Virus record (IMG/VR): IMGVR_UViG_3300011868_000001
Span: 160,001-224,000 of that record
DNA from: a virus
Lineage: Duplodnaviria > Caudoviricetes
Direction: 5' to 3' (one strand)
Length of the DNA: 64,000 nucleotides
Below, piece by piece: positions 29,840-39,413 of this stretch. The position numbers were made by a program, and so were the translations under genes. The notes below the pieces were generated by a model, which saw nothing but the letters and a program-made list of their open reading frames with translations, was not told where the DNA came from and searched no databases. Each line of letters begins with the position of its first letter. Positions within the stretch are counted from its first letter, which is position 1.

Positions 29840-30325
29840 TTACTGTTTGACAACCGGCAATGACAGCAGGATCATGAAGACCAGCCAATGGTTCCCTTTG
29901 AGGATGGCCTTCATTTCCTCGTACGAGCCGACATGCTCACGTACGTCGTCGGGCAGTGCAGTGGCCTGTGAGGCCCAAGCCAGGCTTGAAGCCAGGTGGT
30001 TGATGAAGCTGTCGTAATGCCCCGATGCGGTCGGATTCTGCAGCCACAAATAGGTCGCCCCATTCATGTAGAAATCGAACATCGAGTTGCGCGCTTCGCC
30101 TTCCAGGTCGGCATTGTCCACATAACGCTTCCACAACCGTTCGATGTCAGCTGCGCTACGGACCCCGTACCAGCGCACCCGGCGCAGTTCAGGCAGGTCA
30201 TTGCTGTAGAATTGATCCTGGATTAACGCAGCATTGACCTGGTCCTTGAAAAACTCGGTCTGCCATGTCTTTAGTGCAGACTGGAGACTGTCCAGTGTCT
30301 GACGATCGTTTACTGCAAAGCTCAT
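29840..30325 (-). CDS. hypothetical (probably virion) protein
   Basis: 161-aa ORF in operon. Confidence 0.7.
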   Translation of the reverse strand: MSFAVNDRQTLDSLQSALKTWQTEFFKDQVNAALIQDQFYSNDLPELRRVRWYGVRSAADIERLWKRYVDNADLEGEARNSMFDFYMNGATYLWLQNPTASGHYDSFINHLASSLAWASQATALPDDVREHVGSYEEMKAILKGNHWLVFMILLSLPVVKQ

Positions 30326-30328
30326 GGA

Positions 30329-31030
30329 TTACACCTCATCCAAGTTGGTGTCGATCATCATCCCACGGTAGAGCGTCGCCACCGTGGAAGTAGAATTGGT
30401 GACTTCACCCGATTCGGTGACGTCTTCAAGACTGGCTTCCCCATGCTCGATCAGTTGACGATCGAACTCGACCTGTGCGGTACGGCTACCGCCGCGCACT
30501 TTGATCTCTTCGACCAGCGTTTGCTCCAGACCTTGAGCCAACTGGGATTGCAGTTCTGGGAAGGAAATCTTAGAACCCTTCGATTTACCCGTGACCTGAC
30601 CGGACATTTCATCGACGTGTCGGGCGTTTTCAGGGATCGAGGATTTCTTGGTGAGCATTTGTGCCTGACGACGCACGGTCATGTCAAGCACCAGGTATTT
30701 TTGCGGTGTCAGAAACACTACACCTGTCTGCGGGTCGGTGAGCCAGAGCCGCTCGAAGAAAGGATGCCCGATCTTATCTGCCACTGCCATCAAAGAATCC
30801 ATGGTGATCCGCGGGTCTTTGAGGTTTGGGGAGTAGAACGGCAGGATTTCCTGGGTGCTGCGAGCCTCTTCGGTTTCTGGCTTGGCCAGCGCCCGGATGT
30901 ACTCATCGAACTCGGTATCCGACATGGCATCCAGACGCTGTTTGGTCAGCTCGGCATTGTAGCTGTCACCCGGAATAATTCCCGCAATGGCATCAACGAT
31001 AAACGCTGTGACCTCTTGACGACTGGCCAT
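30329..31030 (-). CDS. virion RNAP beta subunit, C-terminal fragment (phiKZ gp149-like)
   Basis: Start MASRQEV; DEMSGQVTGKSKGSKISFPEL...GLEQTLVEEIKVRGG parallels the RpoB C-terminal region. Confidence 0.75.
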   Translation of the reverse strand: MASRQEVTAFIVDAIAGIIPGDSYNAELTKQRLDAMSDTEFDEYIRALAKPETEEARSTQEILPFYSPNLKDPRITMDSLMAVADKIGHPFFERLWLTDPQTGVVFLTPQKYLVLDMTVRRQAQMLTKKSSIPENARHVDEMSGQVTGKSKGSKISFPELQSQLAQGLEQTLVEEIKVRGGSRTAQVEFDRQLIEHGEASLEDVTESGEVTNSTSTVATLYRGMMIDTNLDEV

Positions 31031-31040
31031 AACAAATACC

Positions 31041-31325
31041 TCAGTGACGGACCGGAAGGTCGTGAGAAACGATGATCGGCAGGACCAGTTGGCGGAAGTG
31101 ACGCAGCCAGTCGGTCGGAGCGATGTCATCGACCAAGCAGGTACGGGCCGAGATGGTCGAGGTGTGCAGGGCCGCAAGCTCATTGCGCCAGAAGCGATTG
31201 AGTTCACGGATTTCAGTGCTTTCGTCTTGCAGATTGCAATCAAACAAACGTGCAAAGCGGGTGGCGGCGTTCGGGTTCTGGTCGGCGAGCAGATCGGCGA
31301 CAGCAGAGGCGATCCGGGTAGTCAT
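31041..31325 (-). CDS. hypothetical protein
   Basis: Start MTTRIASA after GGAG. Confidence 0.65.
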   Translation of the reverse strand: MTTRIASAVADLLADQNPNAATRFARLFDCNLQDESTEIRELNRFWRNELAALHTSTISARTCLVDDIAPTDWLRHFRQLVLPIIVSHDLPVRH

Positions 31326-31384
31326 GGAAGGTTCTCCAATGTGTCGAATGGCCGGCGCGCCCAACGCACACCGGCCTCAGAGTA

Positions 31385-32947
31385 TTAGGTTGCTTTCTCC
31401 GCCTGTCTATCCTTGATCTTCATGATCAAATCAGCGGCAGTGAGAGGTTTCTTGGAATCGGTACCCGCTTCGGCTTCAGAAGCCTTAGCAATGGCGCCTT
31501 GTGCTTTAGCCTTGGCTTTGACGGCATCGTCGTACCAATACGGACGGTACGTTCCGGCGCGCATGTTCAGCAAGTCCATGGTGGACAGGAACGGCAGATC
31601 GGCGTAGGCTCCCTTCTCCTCCAGAGGCAGCCAGAAACCGCGCGTATCAAGCAGAAGGTCCCAGTCGTACCCTGCGGCCAGGATATCGTCGTACAGCTCC
31701 TTAGGAGTGCACAGCAGGCCTTCTGGCAGGTCATGCCACAGGTTGCGCATCATGCACATCTCAGCCGTGATGTTCATGGCCCGTTGCAGGCGACTGTCCG
31801 TCTCAAACAGACCGCGTACCGACTTGCGGGTCAGGTTGACCGACGGGTACAGGTCCAGACGGAAGTTCGGCTTACCTTTGGCCTTGTTGCCATCCTTATC
31901 ACTGATGCCGTAGTAGTCATAGCCCTTGCAGTAAACGAACTCGGTCAGCGAGGGTTTAAGTCCTTCAGACTGCGACACCACGACCTCGAACGGAATACCG
32001 GACGGACCCGACTTACCGCGCAGGTTGACCAGGGTGATGAGGATCAGGTCGGTATCACCTTTCAGATCATCTTCTTCATCGCGGGGGAATTCAGGCAGCT
32101 TGTCCGCATCGAGCAGCGGTTGCAGCGAGACGCAGTACCAGCAGTTGGCTGTCAGGAAGCTGAAGTTCTCGGGGACCTTCTTGAGTTTCAGGTCGCCTTT
32201 GAGGAATTTCAGTTTCTTGATGTTCGGCTTGTACATGTCAAGCTGATATTCCTGACCCACGTGAGCGGTCATCAGGATATTGAGCCCCGAGCCACCCGTA
32301 ACCGAGGTGACCTGATCGATCAGCTGGCTCTTGGCGCTGGCGCCTTTCATGGCCACCATGTTCAGGTCTTTCGAGCCGACGTCACCCTTTTCGTACATGT
32401 TCATCACACCTTCGGTCTGCAGACCGGAGAGCGAATCCAGGAAGCACAGGGTCGGGGACGGAATTTTGATCAGTTCACCGGTGGTCTCATCGACAAACGG
32501 CGTGGTGATCAGGATGGACTTGTCCTTGCGGCGCGATTCGGCATATTCGCGCATGACGTTCCACCACTCGTTACCGGTGTAGATGGTGGCGTCGGTAAAC
32601 AGCAGGCGACCTTGCTCCACAAGATCGATACCGAAGAGTTCCGGGAACTGACGGAACACGTTCATAATACGCCCCGGCGACAGCGTATTCTCTGAGTCAT
32701 GTGCCATCATAATGGCCAGTGAGACCCGGTTCATGACGGAACCTTGCTGGAATAGCGAGATCACTGTCTTGAACATGTTAGGCAGTCCGGCAACGCCCGT
32801 GAAATGGTTCAGACCACCACACAGGATGGATTCGCCGTGCTTGCCCTTGTAGTACTTACCTGTTTGGATGTCGAACAGCGCTCCGATGTTCCACATCGGA
32901 CGGATCGACGGAGCCTTCTTGAACATGGCAAATGGGTTGTTAGACAT
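31385..32947 (-). CDS. RecA/UvsX-like recombinase (phiKZ gp152-like)
   Basis: 520 aa; variant Walker A GLPNMFKT, DSE motif, Walker B CFLDSLS, LMTAH. Confidence 0.75.
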   Translation of the reverse strand: MSNNPFAMFKKAPSIRPMWNIGALFDIQTGKYYKGKHGESILCGGLNHFTGVAGLPNMFKTVISLFQQGSVMNRVSLAIMMAHDSENTLSPGRIMNVFRQFPELFGIDLVEQGRLLFTDATIYTGNEWWNVMREYAESRRKDKSILITTPFVDETTGELIKIPSPTLCFLDSLSGLQTEGVMNMYEKGDVGSKDLNMVAMKGASAKSQLIDQVTSVTGGSGLNILMTAHVGQEYQLDMYKPNIKKLKFLKGDLKLKKVPENFSFLTANCWYCVSLQPLLDADKLPEFPRDEEDDLKGDTDLILITLVNLRGKSGPSGIPFEVVVSQSEGLKPSLTEFVYCKGYDYYGISDKDGNKAKGKPNFRLDLYPSVNLTRKSVRGLFETDSRLQRAMNITAEMCMMRNLWHDLPEGLLCTPKELYDDILAAGYDWDLLLDTRGFWLPLEEKGAYADLPFLSTMDLLNMRAGTYRPYWYDDAVKAKAKAQGAIAKASEAEAGTDSKKPLTAADLIMKIKDRQAEKAT

Positions 32948-33034
32948 GGTACTTCAGATTCCATTTAAAAGATGGGAGTCGGTTGTGCGCAAACGATATG
33001 AAAAACTACTTTCTTTTAACACGGAGTCATCCCG

Positions 33035-33892
33035 ATGAAACACTTCGAGGACATCTACGGGTCCTTTGACCTGGTCTCGCTTGAAGACCTTAATCGCCTG
33101 GCCACAGGTATCTCCATGGAAGCCTCGGTGGCAGGCCTGCCCCAAAAGGCGGGTGTTCGTGCAAGCCAATTCTTCCGCAGTGCAGCCAGCTTCTTCGGCA
33201 AGATGAAGTTCACTGCCCTGAACATGACTGGCTTGTCTGCTCGGGACCTCGGTGGTTTCGTCGCCCAGGTTGGTTTCGTTGACGCTTCCAACAAGAACAT
33301 CATCGTTCCTGAAGGTTTCGTGGGCCAATGGGTGCCCTACAGCGCCCAGCTGAAAGACACCATGGTCAAAGCCACCAAGCTCGAAGCAACGATCCTGGCC
33401 TTTAACCGCACCGTCGGTGAGATTGTCAATGACCCGAGTCGCCTCACCGCAGCCTCTGGCATTGGTTTCACCAGCAGCGCCAGCCTTGGCATCACCGATG
33501 ACATGAAAGCCATCGGCAAGACCTACTTCGACGGCCGTAGTAATCACATCACGCGCACGCTGGGTGCGGTGGTAGAGCGTCAGGGTGACATCAATACAAC
33601 GATGAACGCCCTGAATGAAATCGCAGCGCTGGACAAAGCACATCCGGCTACCAAGTGCCTGAACGCCGTAGGTCGGACCATGGCCTTGGCTGACACACTG
33701 ATGGCTACTGTCAAGCGTTTGGCCGAAGACAAGAGCATCTCCCACCAAGAGGTGTTGGACGTCGCATTGCAAGAACTGGTCGACACGACCCTCGTTCTGG
33801 CTACGGAAATGGAGTCCTACGGGGCCCTTCTTTACCGCGTACGTCAGTTCTCCGAGGCCATGAAAGACAGCCTCAAAGAGATCAAAAAGTAA
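33035..33892 (+). CDS. virion (head) protein with cleavable N-terminus
   Basis: 285 aa; VSLE and ISME in the first 30 aa; TATG upstream at 32997. Confidence 0.7.
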   Translation: MKHFEDIYGSFDLVSLEDLNRLATGISMEASVAGLPQKAGVRASQFFRSAASFFGKMKFTALNMTGLSARDLGGFVAQVGFVDASNKNIIVPEGFVGQWVPYSAQLKDTMVKATKLEATILAFNRTVGEIVNDPSRLTAASGIGFTSSASLGITDDMKAIGKTYFDGRSNHITRTLGAVVERQGDINTTMNALNEIAALDKAHPATKCLNAVGRTMALADTLMATVKRLAEDKSISHQEVLDVALQELVDTTLVLATEMESYGALLYRVRQFSEAMKDSLKEIKK

Positions 33893-33900
33893 GGCACGTT

Positions 33901-33941
33901 GCATAGGGCGATGGGAGGGCACCAGTCCCTCCCATCTATGC
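33901..33941. terminator. bidirectional CATA/TATG hairpin terminator
   Basis: GCATAG..GATGGGAGGG-loop-CCCTCCCATC-TATGC between convergent genes. Confidence 0.7.
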
Positions 33942-33945
33942 TGTT

Positions 33946-34326
33946 TCAAGCCAATTGTTCGAGGTGTTGCGATTGTCGTAAAACATTTTCGACGTCACGC
34001 AACATGGTTTCGCGGTCCAGGTAACGCAGCCATCTTGGCATGGTCCCGTAAACCAACTCGACAGCCTGTTTGAAATCACCATGCTCACAGCACTCAACCA
34101 CCTTGTCCACCGTCGGTCCTTTCCAGAGTACCTTCGCCGTCATGGCTGGGAAGGAAAGGGACCTTGGATCATTGACAAGGTAGAACAGCTTATTGAACTC
34201 TGCCAGCAGGGACTCGTCAGGATCATAGTTCCGGATCAATCGGAAGTACAGACTGACCATGAACACAGTTCGCTTAGCCGAGACCCAAAATCCATGTGAT
34301 TGGTTTATCGCAACAGATCGGTACAT
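33946..34326 (-). CDS. hypothetical protein
   Basis: 126-aa ORF. Confidence 0.7.
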   Translation of the reverse strand: MYRSVAINQSHGFWVSAKRTVFMVSLYFRLIRNYDPDESLLAEFNKLFYLVNDPRSLSFPAMTAKVLWKGPTVDKVVECCEHGDFKQAVELVYGTMPRWLRYLDRETMLRDVENVLRQSQHLEQLA

Positions 34327-34336
34327 AGCGAGCCCG

Positions 34337-35875
34337 TTATTTGACTAATTTGAAATTGCTGAACGGGTTTGCCCAAATACCAATGTCGTGTGTCGTCTCG
34401 ATCACCGTTGCATAACGGATTACCGAATCCGACTCACGCCAGGTCAGGGCAGTCACCTGCTTGACAGAATCAGCAAGTGCCGACAGCGCATTCCGACCAA
34501 TGATGTCAGAACCCACGATCAGTCGAACTTTCGTTCTATTGACCGGGACCTCATCCATCGCCCTCAGCTCGCGGGCAAAGGCAGTGTTAAAGTTCACGCT
34601 CACATCGAGGTGTTTCACCGCACTGGTGATCTCCTTGCGAAGTTTACGTGTCACCGCACCTTTCTTCTCCACGGCTTCATATAGTAGGTCGGTCAAATCG
34701 GTCCGAATGACAGATTTATCACCTTCTAAGAACTGGTCCAGGACGGTAGCCATGTTACCCAAGTTGTCCACGTTATAGTACGAAAGCCCAGTGGGCGTGA
34801 CGTGATGGACGACTGGAACACGCTTCTCCGTCTGCAGGCTCCAGTTGGCCTTATTGCGACGGAATACAGACATACCAAACTTCAGGATGTCTTCGGAAAC
34901 ACTAGCACTGGTGATGTTGCGTAATGCACCAACAAACAGATGACCCACCTGGTTACTGTCTTGTTGAATGAAATGTTCACGTACCTTTTCCAGGACAGTG
35001 ATCTGTTCCTTAAGGTAGAGAACGGCGTTACTGGAGTCGGACTGCGGCTTGGCGATATCTTCATCATCCCCGTGCTGTCCTGTCCAGTATATGAATCGAC
35101 CGTCTTTAGCCGTACGACACTCTTGTGCATCAGAGCTGAAGTACCACTTGGGTTGATCCAGCATTCGGTTATGGTTGTTCACAGACTTCCAATAACCCTC
35201 CGGTTCTTGCTCCAGTTTGTAGGTCAGGTTGTATCCGTTCATGCCGATACAATTGCCCTTTCCTGCCCACTGGTCGGCCATTTCATTCCCCGTATGGCCG
35301 TTATGTCCCTTGATCCAGGCGAGCATGACCTGGTTGTTGGATTCGCGGAACTTACCCAGTAGAGCGTCAACTTCTAGCCAGTCTTCCTTGTTGGCGACAT
35401 CGTCCCCGTTACGATTGCGCCATCCGGTCTGCTTCCATCGGTCGAGGTATTTGTTCACGCCCTCGACGACGTACTGCGAATCCGAATAGATGATGGTGTG
35501 ATGCAGGCCCTTTTCCAGGGCGTAGGTGAGTGCTTGCTTAGCAGCAATCAACTCAGTGTGATTATTGCTGGTGGCCTTAGGCACACCGCCGAATGTATCA
35601 ATGTAGTTGAGGACATTAACTGCCTGACTTTCGTCTTTGGTATCGGTATACCCTTTGGCAGTTGGCGTTGCCTTAGGTGCTCCGCTTCCCTTAACCGGTA
35701 GGCTATCCGCGGTATACACGTATCCGTGGACTCCCCAACCTCCGGCCTTCTCAGAATTATAAAACCCACCGTCCGAGTACAACACCCCTTTGTACAGCGG
35801 AAGAGCAGGTTGCTCCTTAGTTTCCGTCATTACTGCACCTTCGACAGACATAGTTGGCGTGACGGTCATGCTCAT
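34337..35875 (-). CDS. rnhA: ribonuclease HI with C-terminal extension
   Basis: YSDGG, NNHTEL, YSDSQYV and WIKGHNGHTGNEMADQWA RNase HI catalytic motifs; likely start MSMTVTP. Confidence 0.9.
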   Translation of the reverse strand: MSMTVTPTMSVEGAVMTETKEQPALPLYKGVLYSDGGFYNSEKAGGWGVHGYVYTADSLPVKGSGAPKATPTAKGYTDTKDESQAVNVLNYIDTFGGVPKATSNNHTELIAAKQALTYALEKGLHHTIIYSDSQYVVEGVNKYLDRWKQTGWRNRNGDDVANKEDWLEVDALLGKFRESNNQVMLAWIKGHNGHTGNEMADQWAGKGNCIGMNGYNLTYKLEQEPEGYWKSVNNHNRMLDQPKWYFSSDAQECRTAKDGRFIYWTGQHGDDEDIAKPQSDSSNAVLYLKEQITVLEKVREHFIQQDSNQVGHLFVGALRNITSASVSEDILKFGMSVFRRNKANWSLQTEKRVPVVHHVTPTGLSYYNVDNLGNMATVLDQFLEGDKSVIRTDLTDLLYEAVEKKGAVTRKLRKEITSAVKHLDVSVNFNTAFARELRAMDEVPVNRTKVRLIVGSDIIGRNALSALADSVKQVTALTWRESDSVIRYATVIETTHDIGIWANPFSNFKLVK

Positions 35876-35876
35876 G

Positions 35877-36272
35877 TTATATCCCAGATCCTTTTTGAAA
35901 AACATCAGATACTTCCAGACGGCATTTTTGATTGTGCCGCAGAATATCTTCTCGAATGAAGCGTTCCTCATCATCGAGGTATTTCTTCAGGTCCTCGGCA
36001 TAGCTGAGGATGATGCTGGCGGCCTGTTCAGACGATGTGTGTTGCAAATCCACCTTAGGTGGAGTCGGACGCACATGACCGAGGCGAGGTGACCGTTCGA
36101 ATACACTGCAATGCGGGTCATTGAGCGTCAGTGACGGCAGTTCGGTAGCAGTATAGGTAATCGACGTATACCGGTTATTGATGGAGCCAACATACGCACA
36201 AGACCCGAGAGACACCGCGAGCCAGAACATGGAGGCAGCGCGGGTCCCTCGAAAAAGTTTAGGTATTAGCAT
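35877..36272 (-). CDS. putative lipoprotein, o-spanin candidate
   Basis: Signal peptide with lipobox-like LGSC; Pro-rich segment. Confidence 0.55.
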   Translation of the reverse strand: MLIPKLFRGTRAASMFWLAVSLGSCAYVGSINNRYTSITYTATELPSLTLNDPHCSVFERSPRLGHVRPTPPKVDLQHTSSEQAASIILSYAEDLKKYLDDEERFIREDILRHNQKCRLEVSDVFQKGSGI

Positions 36273-36282
36273 GGGGACGTTC

Positions 36283-36735
36283 CTATTCACTCAGTCGCCT
36301 CCACCGTTCGGCAAGGTCTGTCGAAGGGGGTCGCGCTGGTAGGGGTTTTTCTATGGGTTGTTTCGGTCTCGGCCGTGAAGGCGGTTTAGGCGCCTGCGAA
36401 GGTGGGGTGGGCTGAGTGGTCTCCAGGGATTTCTTCAGCGCCTCGTAGCGCTCCTGATACAACTCAGCACGTTCAGTTAGCAAGGGGATCTGGGTGTCCA
36501 AATCTTTCTGTAGACGGGCTTGCACGCGTTCATAACGGCCCAACATGACTTCTTGTTCTTTGACGATGCGAAATACATGCACGAAAAGCAATGTCATAAT
36601 GACAAAGCCCACAGAGGTCACGATAAGGGCCAGGTTCTGGCGGACAAACTGTCTGAAGGTGCGATCACGCAACCAGAGCTCTTTGACGAAGAGTCCCAAT
36701 GCCTTAAGCAGCTTAGCCAGCGTCATAAAGTACAT
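36283..36735 (-). CDS. putative i-spanin
   Basis: Single N-terminal TM, coiled coil, Pro-rich C-terminus; directly upstream of the lipoprotein gene. Confidence 0.55.
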   Translation of the reverse strand: MYFMTLAKLLKALGLFVKELWLRDRTFRQFVRQNLALIVTSVGFVIMTLLFVHVFRIVKEQEVMLGRYERVQARLQKDLDTQIPLLTERAELYQERYEALKKSLETTQPTPPSQAPKPPSRPRPKQPIEKPLPARPPSTDLAERWRRLSE

Positions 36736-36821
36736 TGTATTCCCTAAAATGGTATGAACAATTCAAACATTATTGTTTAACGACTGTCATAAGTTACGTG
36801 GCAATCCGCCCGGAGAACGAC

Positions 36822-38180
36822 ATGTATAAACTGAAGGCCTTCTGCCTTATCGGCGCACTGATTGACAATACTCGGGCTGTGGTTGCTCCGGTAGGGGAGC
36901 TCTCGCCCCGTGCTATGACCTATGCGCGCGAAAAGGAATACCTCAATACCGCCGCTGCACCCGGCCATACCCTGGTGGTGTTTTCCAACCAGCGTGATGG
37001 CGTAGTCGAACAGACTGACCCGGTTGTGGCAGGCAAACTCCTGCTGATCAACAAGTGGGTGTATGAACAAGCCCTGGCGGGTAAATTCAACACCAGTATC
37101 GAATCGTTCCGCACTGCCTTTATTCAGCAGTGGGGATCGCAATACGCCATCTGGTCGATCGGCGCCATGGTCGAGGCACAATCGAACGTCTGGATTCCAG
37201 GCGTCATTGAAGTGCGCGATATCACCGATGACAATATCCAGTACAAGCTCTGGTACGCCACTGAAGTCTTCGAGCAACAGTTCGACGAATACCAGATTGT
37301 GGTGGTCCCGCCGGTTGAAGACCTCGATGTCTTCTTCCTGGGCAGTGCCATGGTCAGGGCGGCACTGGCAGCCAGGACGCACGACCTGGTCATGGAAGAT
37401 GTCCAGGCGGCACGAGAAGGTTATCCTGAAACCTTCGTCAGCGGTGAAATGTACGAGTGGTTCGATCCGGTCGACCCAACCGACAAAGCCCGCCGTATCG
37501 CCACCTACTGGACTCCGGTAATCTACGGCATCGCCGGGCGCAACGTTGACTCGATCAAAGAAGCGCTGCGTGATTACATCCTGGAAAACAGCACTCACAG
37601 TAAAGAAGAATGGGCAGCTATCTTCCCGGAAATCTTTACCTCCACCGAGTTTCTCTTTGTACCGCTGTGGGGTAATTATTCGATCACCAACCGTGAACTG
37701 GAAGCCGGTCTGTACAGCTCAGTGACCAATGTGCTGCAAGGACTTGCTCACCTGCAACGGCTGGTGCGTGGTGAGGGATATACCGAAGAGTACATCCAGA
37801 ACAATGCCGAAGTCTTCGGTGCCTCTCACAAAGCCATCACTGTGATGGTAACCGGCGGCCCGTACAACCGAGATGGGGTGACGTCGTTCGTACAGCGCTA
37901 CAGCGACTACATCAACGTTGACTCCAGCAGCATGGATTTCGGACGCATGGGGCCCGAAACCCGTCGCATGGTCCTAGCATTGGCTGAGATGCTTGCTGTG
38001 GCTGAAAGTATGACGCCGGATTCGGCGGTGCCGGTGAAGTTCACCCGCTTGATCCGTGATGGGGTACTGTACGTCGCCTATACACTGGATCGCTTCCAGC
38101 TGATCGTTACGAGCAAGTACTCGTACACCGATCCAACGCTGGCAGGCGGTGCGGATGCAGGCGAGCCTGCGTTGGCATGA
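36822..38180 (+). CDS. virion structural protein
   Basis: Start MYKLKAF after GGAG; TATG at 36753 upstream. Confidence 0.7.
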   Translation: MYKLKAFCLIGALIDNTRAVVAPVGELSPRAMTYAREKEYLNTAAAPGHTLVVFSNQRDGVVEQTDPVVAGKLLLINKWVYEQALAGKFNTSIESFRTAFIQQWGSQYAIWSIGAMVEAQSNVWIPGVIEVRDITDDNIQYKLWYATEVFEQQFDEYQIVVVPPVEDLDVFFLGSAMVRAALAARTHDLVMEDVQAAREGYPETFVSGEMYEWFDPVDPTDKARRIATYWTPVIYGIAGRNVDSIKEALRDYILENSTHSKEEWAAIFPEIFTSTEFLFVPLWGNYSITNRELEAGLYSSVTNVLQGLAHLQRLVRGEGYTEEYIQNNAEVFGASHKAITVMVTGGPYNRDGVTSFVQRYSDYINVDSSSMDFGRMGPETRRMVLALAEMLAVAESMTPDSAVPVKFTRLIRDGVLYVAYTLDRFQLIVTSKYSYTDPTLAGGADAGEPALA

Positions 38181-38187
38181 TGTAAAC

Positions 38188-38213
38188 ATAGCGAGGGGAA
38201 ATCCCCTCGCTAT
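38188..38213 (+). terminator. hairpin terminator
   Basis: ATAGCGAGGGGA-AA-TCCCCTCGCTAT. Confidence 0.65.
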
Positions 38214-38245
38214 TATTCCGATCAGCAATAGAGTTACTAAACACG

Positions 38246-38962
38246 ATGAATCCACTTCTCTTATCTGCCGCAATACAGCGTGCAAAAATCCCAGCTTTCG
38301 CCCTACTGGGCCGACCTCTACTGGTAGGTAATCCAGACCATGGCTACTTCGGTGAATTCTCATCGACGGATGTCATACGGGGAGACACCCTGGCAACCCA
38401 AGTTGGTGTTAGGCTTGGAACTGCTATCCATGTTACTGACGGATGGCTCGGCTTCGCGCTAAACGGTAAGCGGTTATTAGTGGCAAAGAAGCCAATCCGC
38501 CATTCGATTAGCTGGGATGCATTATCGACCGCAGGTGTCGTTTTCGGTAAGGAAATACCGATTCAAAACACGCGAATGTTGGTGCGTCTACCTAAAGGTG
38601 TATTTTACTCGCCTGCTGCCGACTCAACAACCTTTGCGTTTGATGACGATTCCATCCTCACTCACGGATCTGAATGGAACCGTCTACTGTACCATGTCTC
38701 TGCAACGGTTGATCCAGGGAGACCTTCTCCATGGGTATCGTCAGAAGGTATACAGATCGGTACTTTTGCCCAGTTCACGCATGATGAGTTGGGGATCAGT
38801 GGTTCGGCAGCCTGGCGCGCCAACTGGTGTCAGGAGCCACTGAAGTCCAGCACCGGTAATAAAATCATCCGCGGCAACGGTAAGGTGGCTGAAATTTCGT
38901 ATACTACATCATGGAACACCGGTGGTGTTGGTTGGCGGCCAGTGCTGGAGTTGATTGAGTGA
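38246..38962 (+). CDS. phiKZ-like virion/tail-associated paralog family protein
   Basis: GYFGE...GWL.F..NGK.L.VAKKPIRHSISW...GSEWNRL...GWRPVLEL pattern recalled from phiKZ-like structural paralogs. Confidence 0.65.
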   Translation: MNPLLLSAAIQRAKIPAFALLGRPLLVGNPDHGYFGEFSSTDVIRGDTLATQVGVRLGTAIHVTDGWLGFALNGKRLLVAKKPIRHSISWDALSTAGVVFGKEIPIQNTRMLVRLPKGVFYSPAADSTTFAFDDDSILTHGSEWNRLLYHVSATVDPGRPSPWVSSEGIQIGTFAQFTHDELGISGSAAWRANWCQEPLKSSTGNKIIRGNGKVAEISYTTSWNTGGVGWRPVLELIE

Positions 38963-38970
38963 CATAGAGA

Positions 38971-39005
38971 CATAAGGGGAGGGGCAGCTGCCCCTCCCTG
39001 TATGC
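38971..39005. terminator. bidirectional CATA/TATG hairpin terminator
   Basis: CATA..GGGAGGGGCA-GC-TGCCCCTCCC..TATGC between convergent genes. Confidence 0.75.
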
Positions 39006-39009
39006 TGTT

Positions 39010-39402
39010 TCAACTCGATGGTAGGAAGTCAGTGTCACGAGGACATCCCAGCCAGTCGAGAATCTTGTCGCGTGATTCGGACAAGTAGGTCCCTCGCGTA
39101 TGCTGAAGCAATTCCAGCACCAGCTCATCCCCTACTGAACTACACAGGTCTTTCACCGCCATTGACATCCATTTGTCATCGTCGATGTCTCGCATGACCA
39201 CCAGACCAAACCGTTTCCACGTCTCAAGGTCGGGTTCAATCGAAGCCGAGGTATTGAGTTGGTACTTGCGTTCGTAAAGGAATTTCAAGTCCCGACCTGG
39301 CCAGGACCACTTCCCTTCACCTTCACCCGTGGTTGCTGCACCAATGAAAAAGCTGATCGAACTACGATCCACATTCAATGGCTTGCCGCCTGCTGCGTAC
39401 AT
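39010..39402 (-). CDS. hypothetical protein
   Basis: 130-aa ORF with GGAGG RBS. Confidence 0.7.
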   Translation of the reverse strand: MYAAGGKPLNVDRSSISFFIGAATTGEGEGKWSWPGRDLKFLYERKYQLNTSASIEPDLETWKRFGLVVMRDIDDDKWMSMAVKDLCSSVGDELVLELLQHTRGTYLSESRDKILDWLGCPRDTDFLPSS

Positions 39403-39413
39403 TGGTTTCCTCC

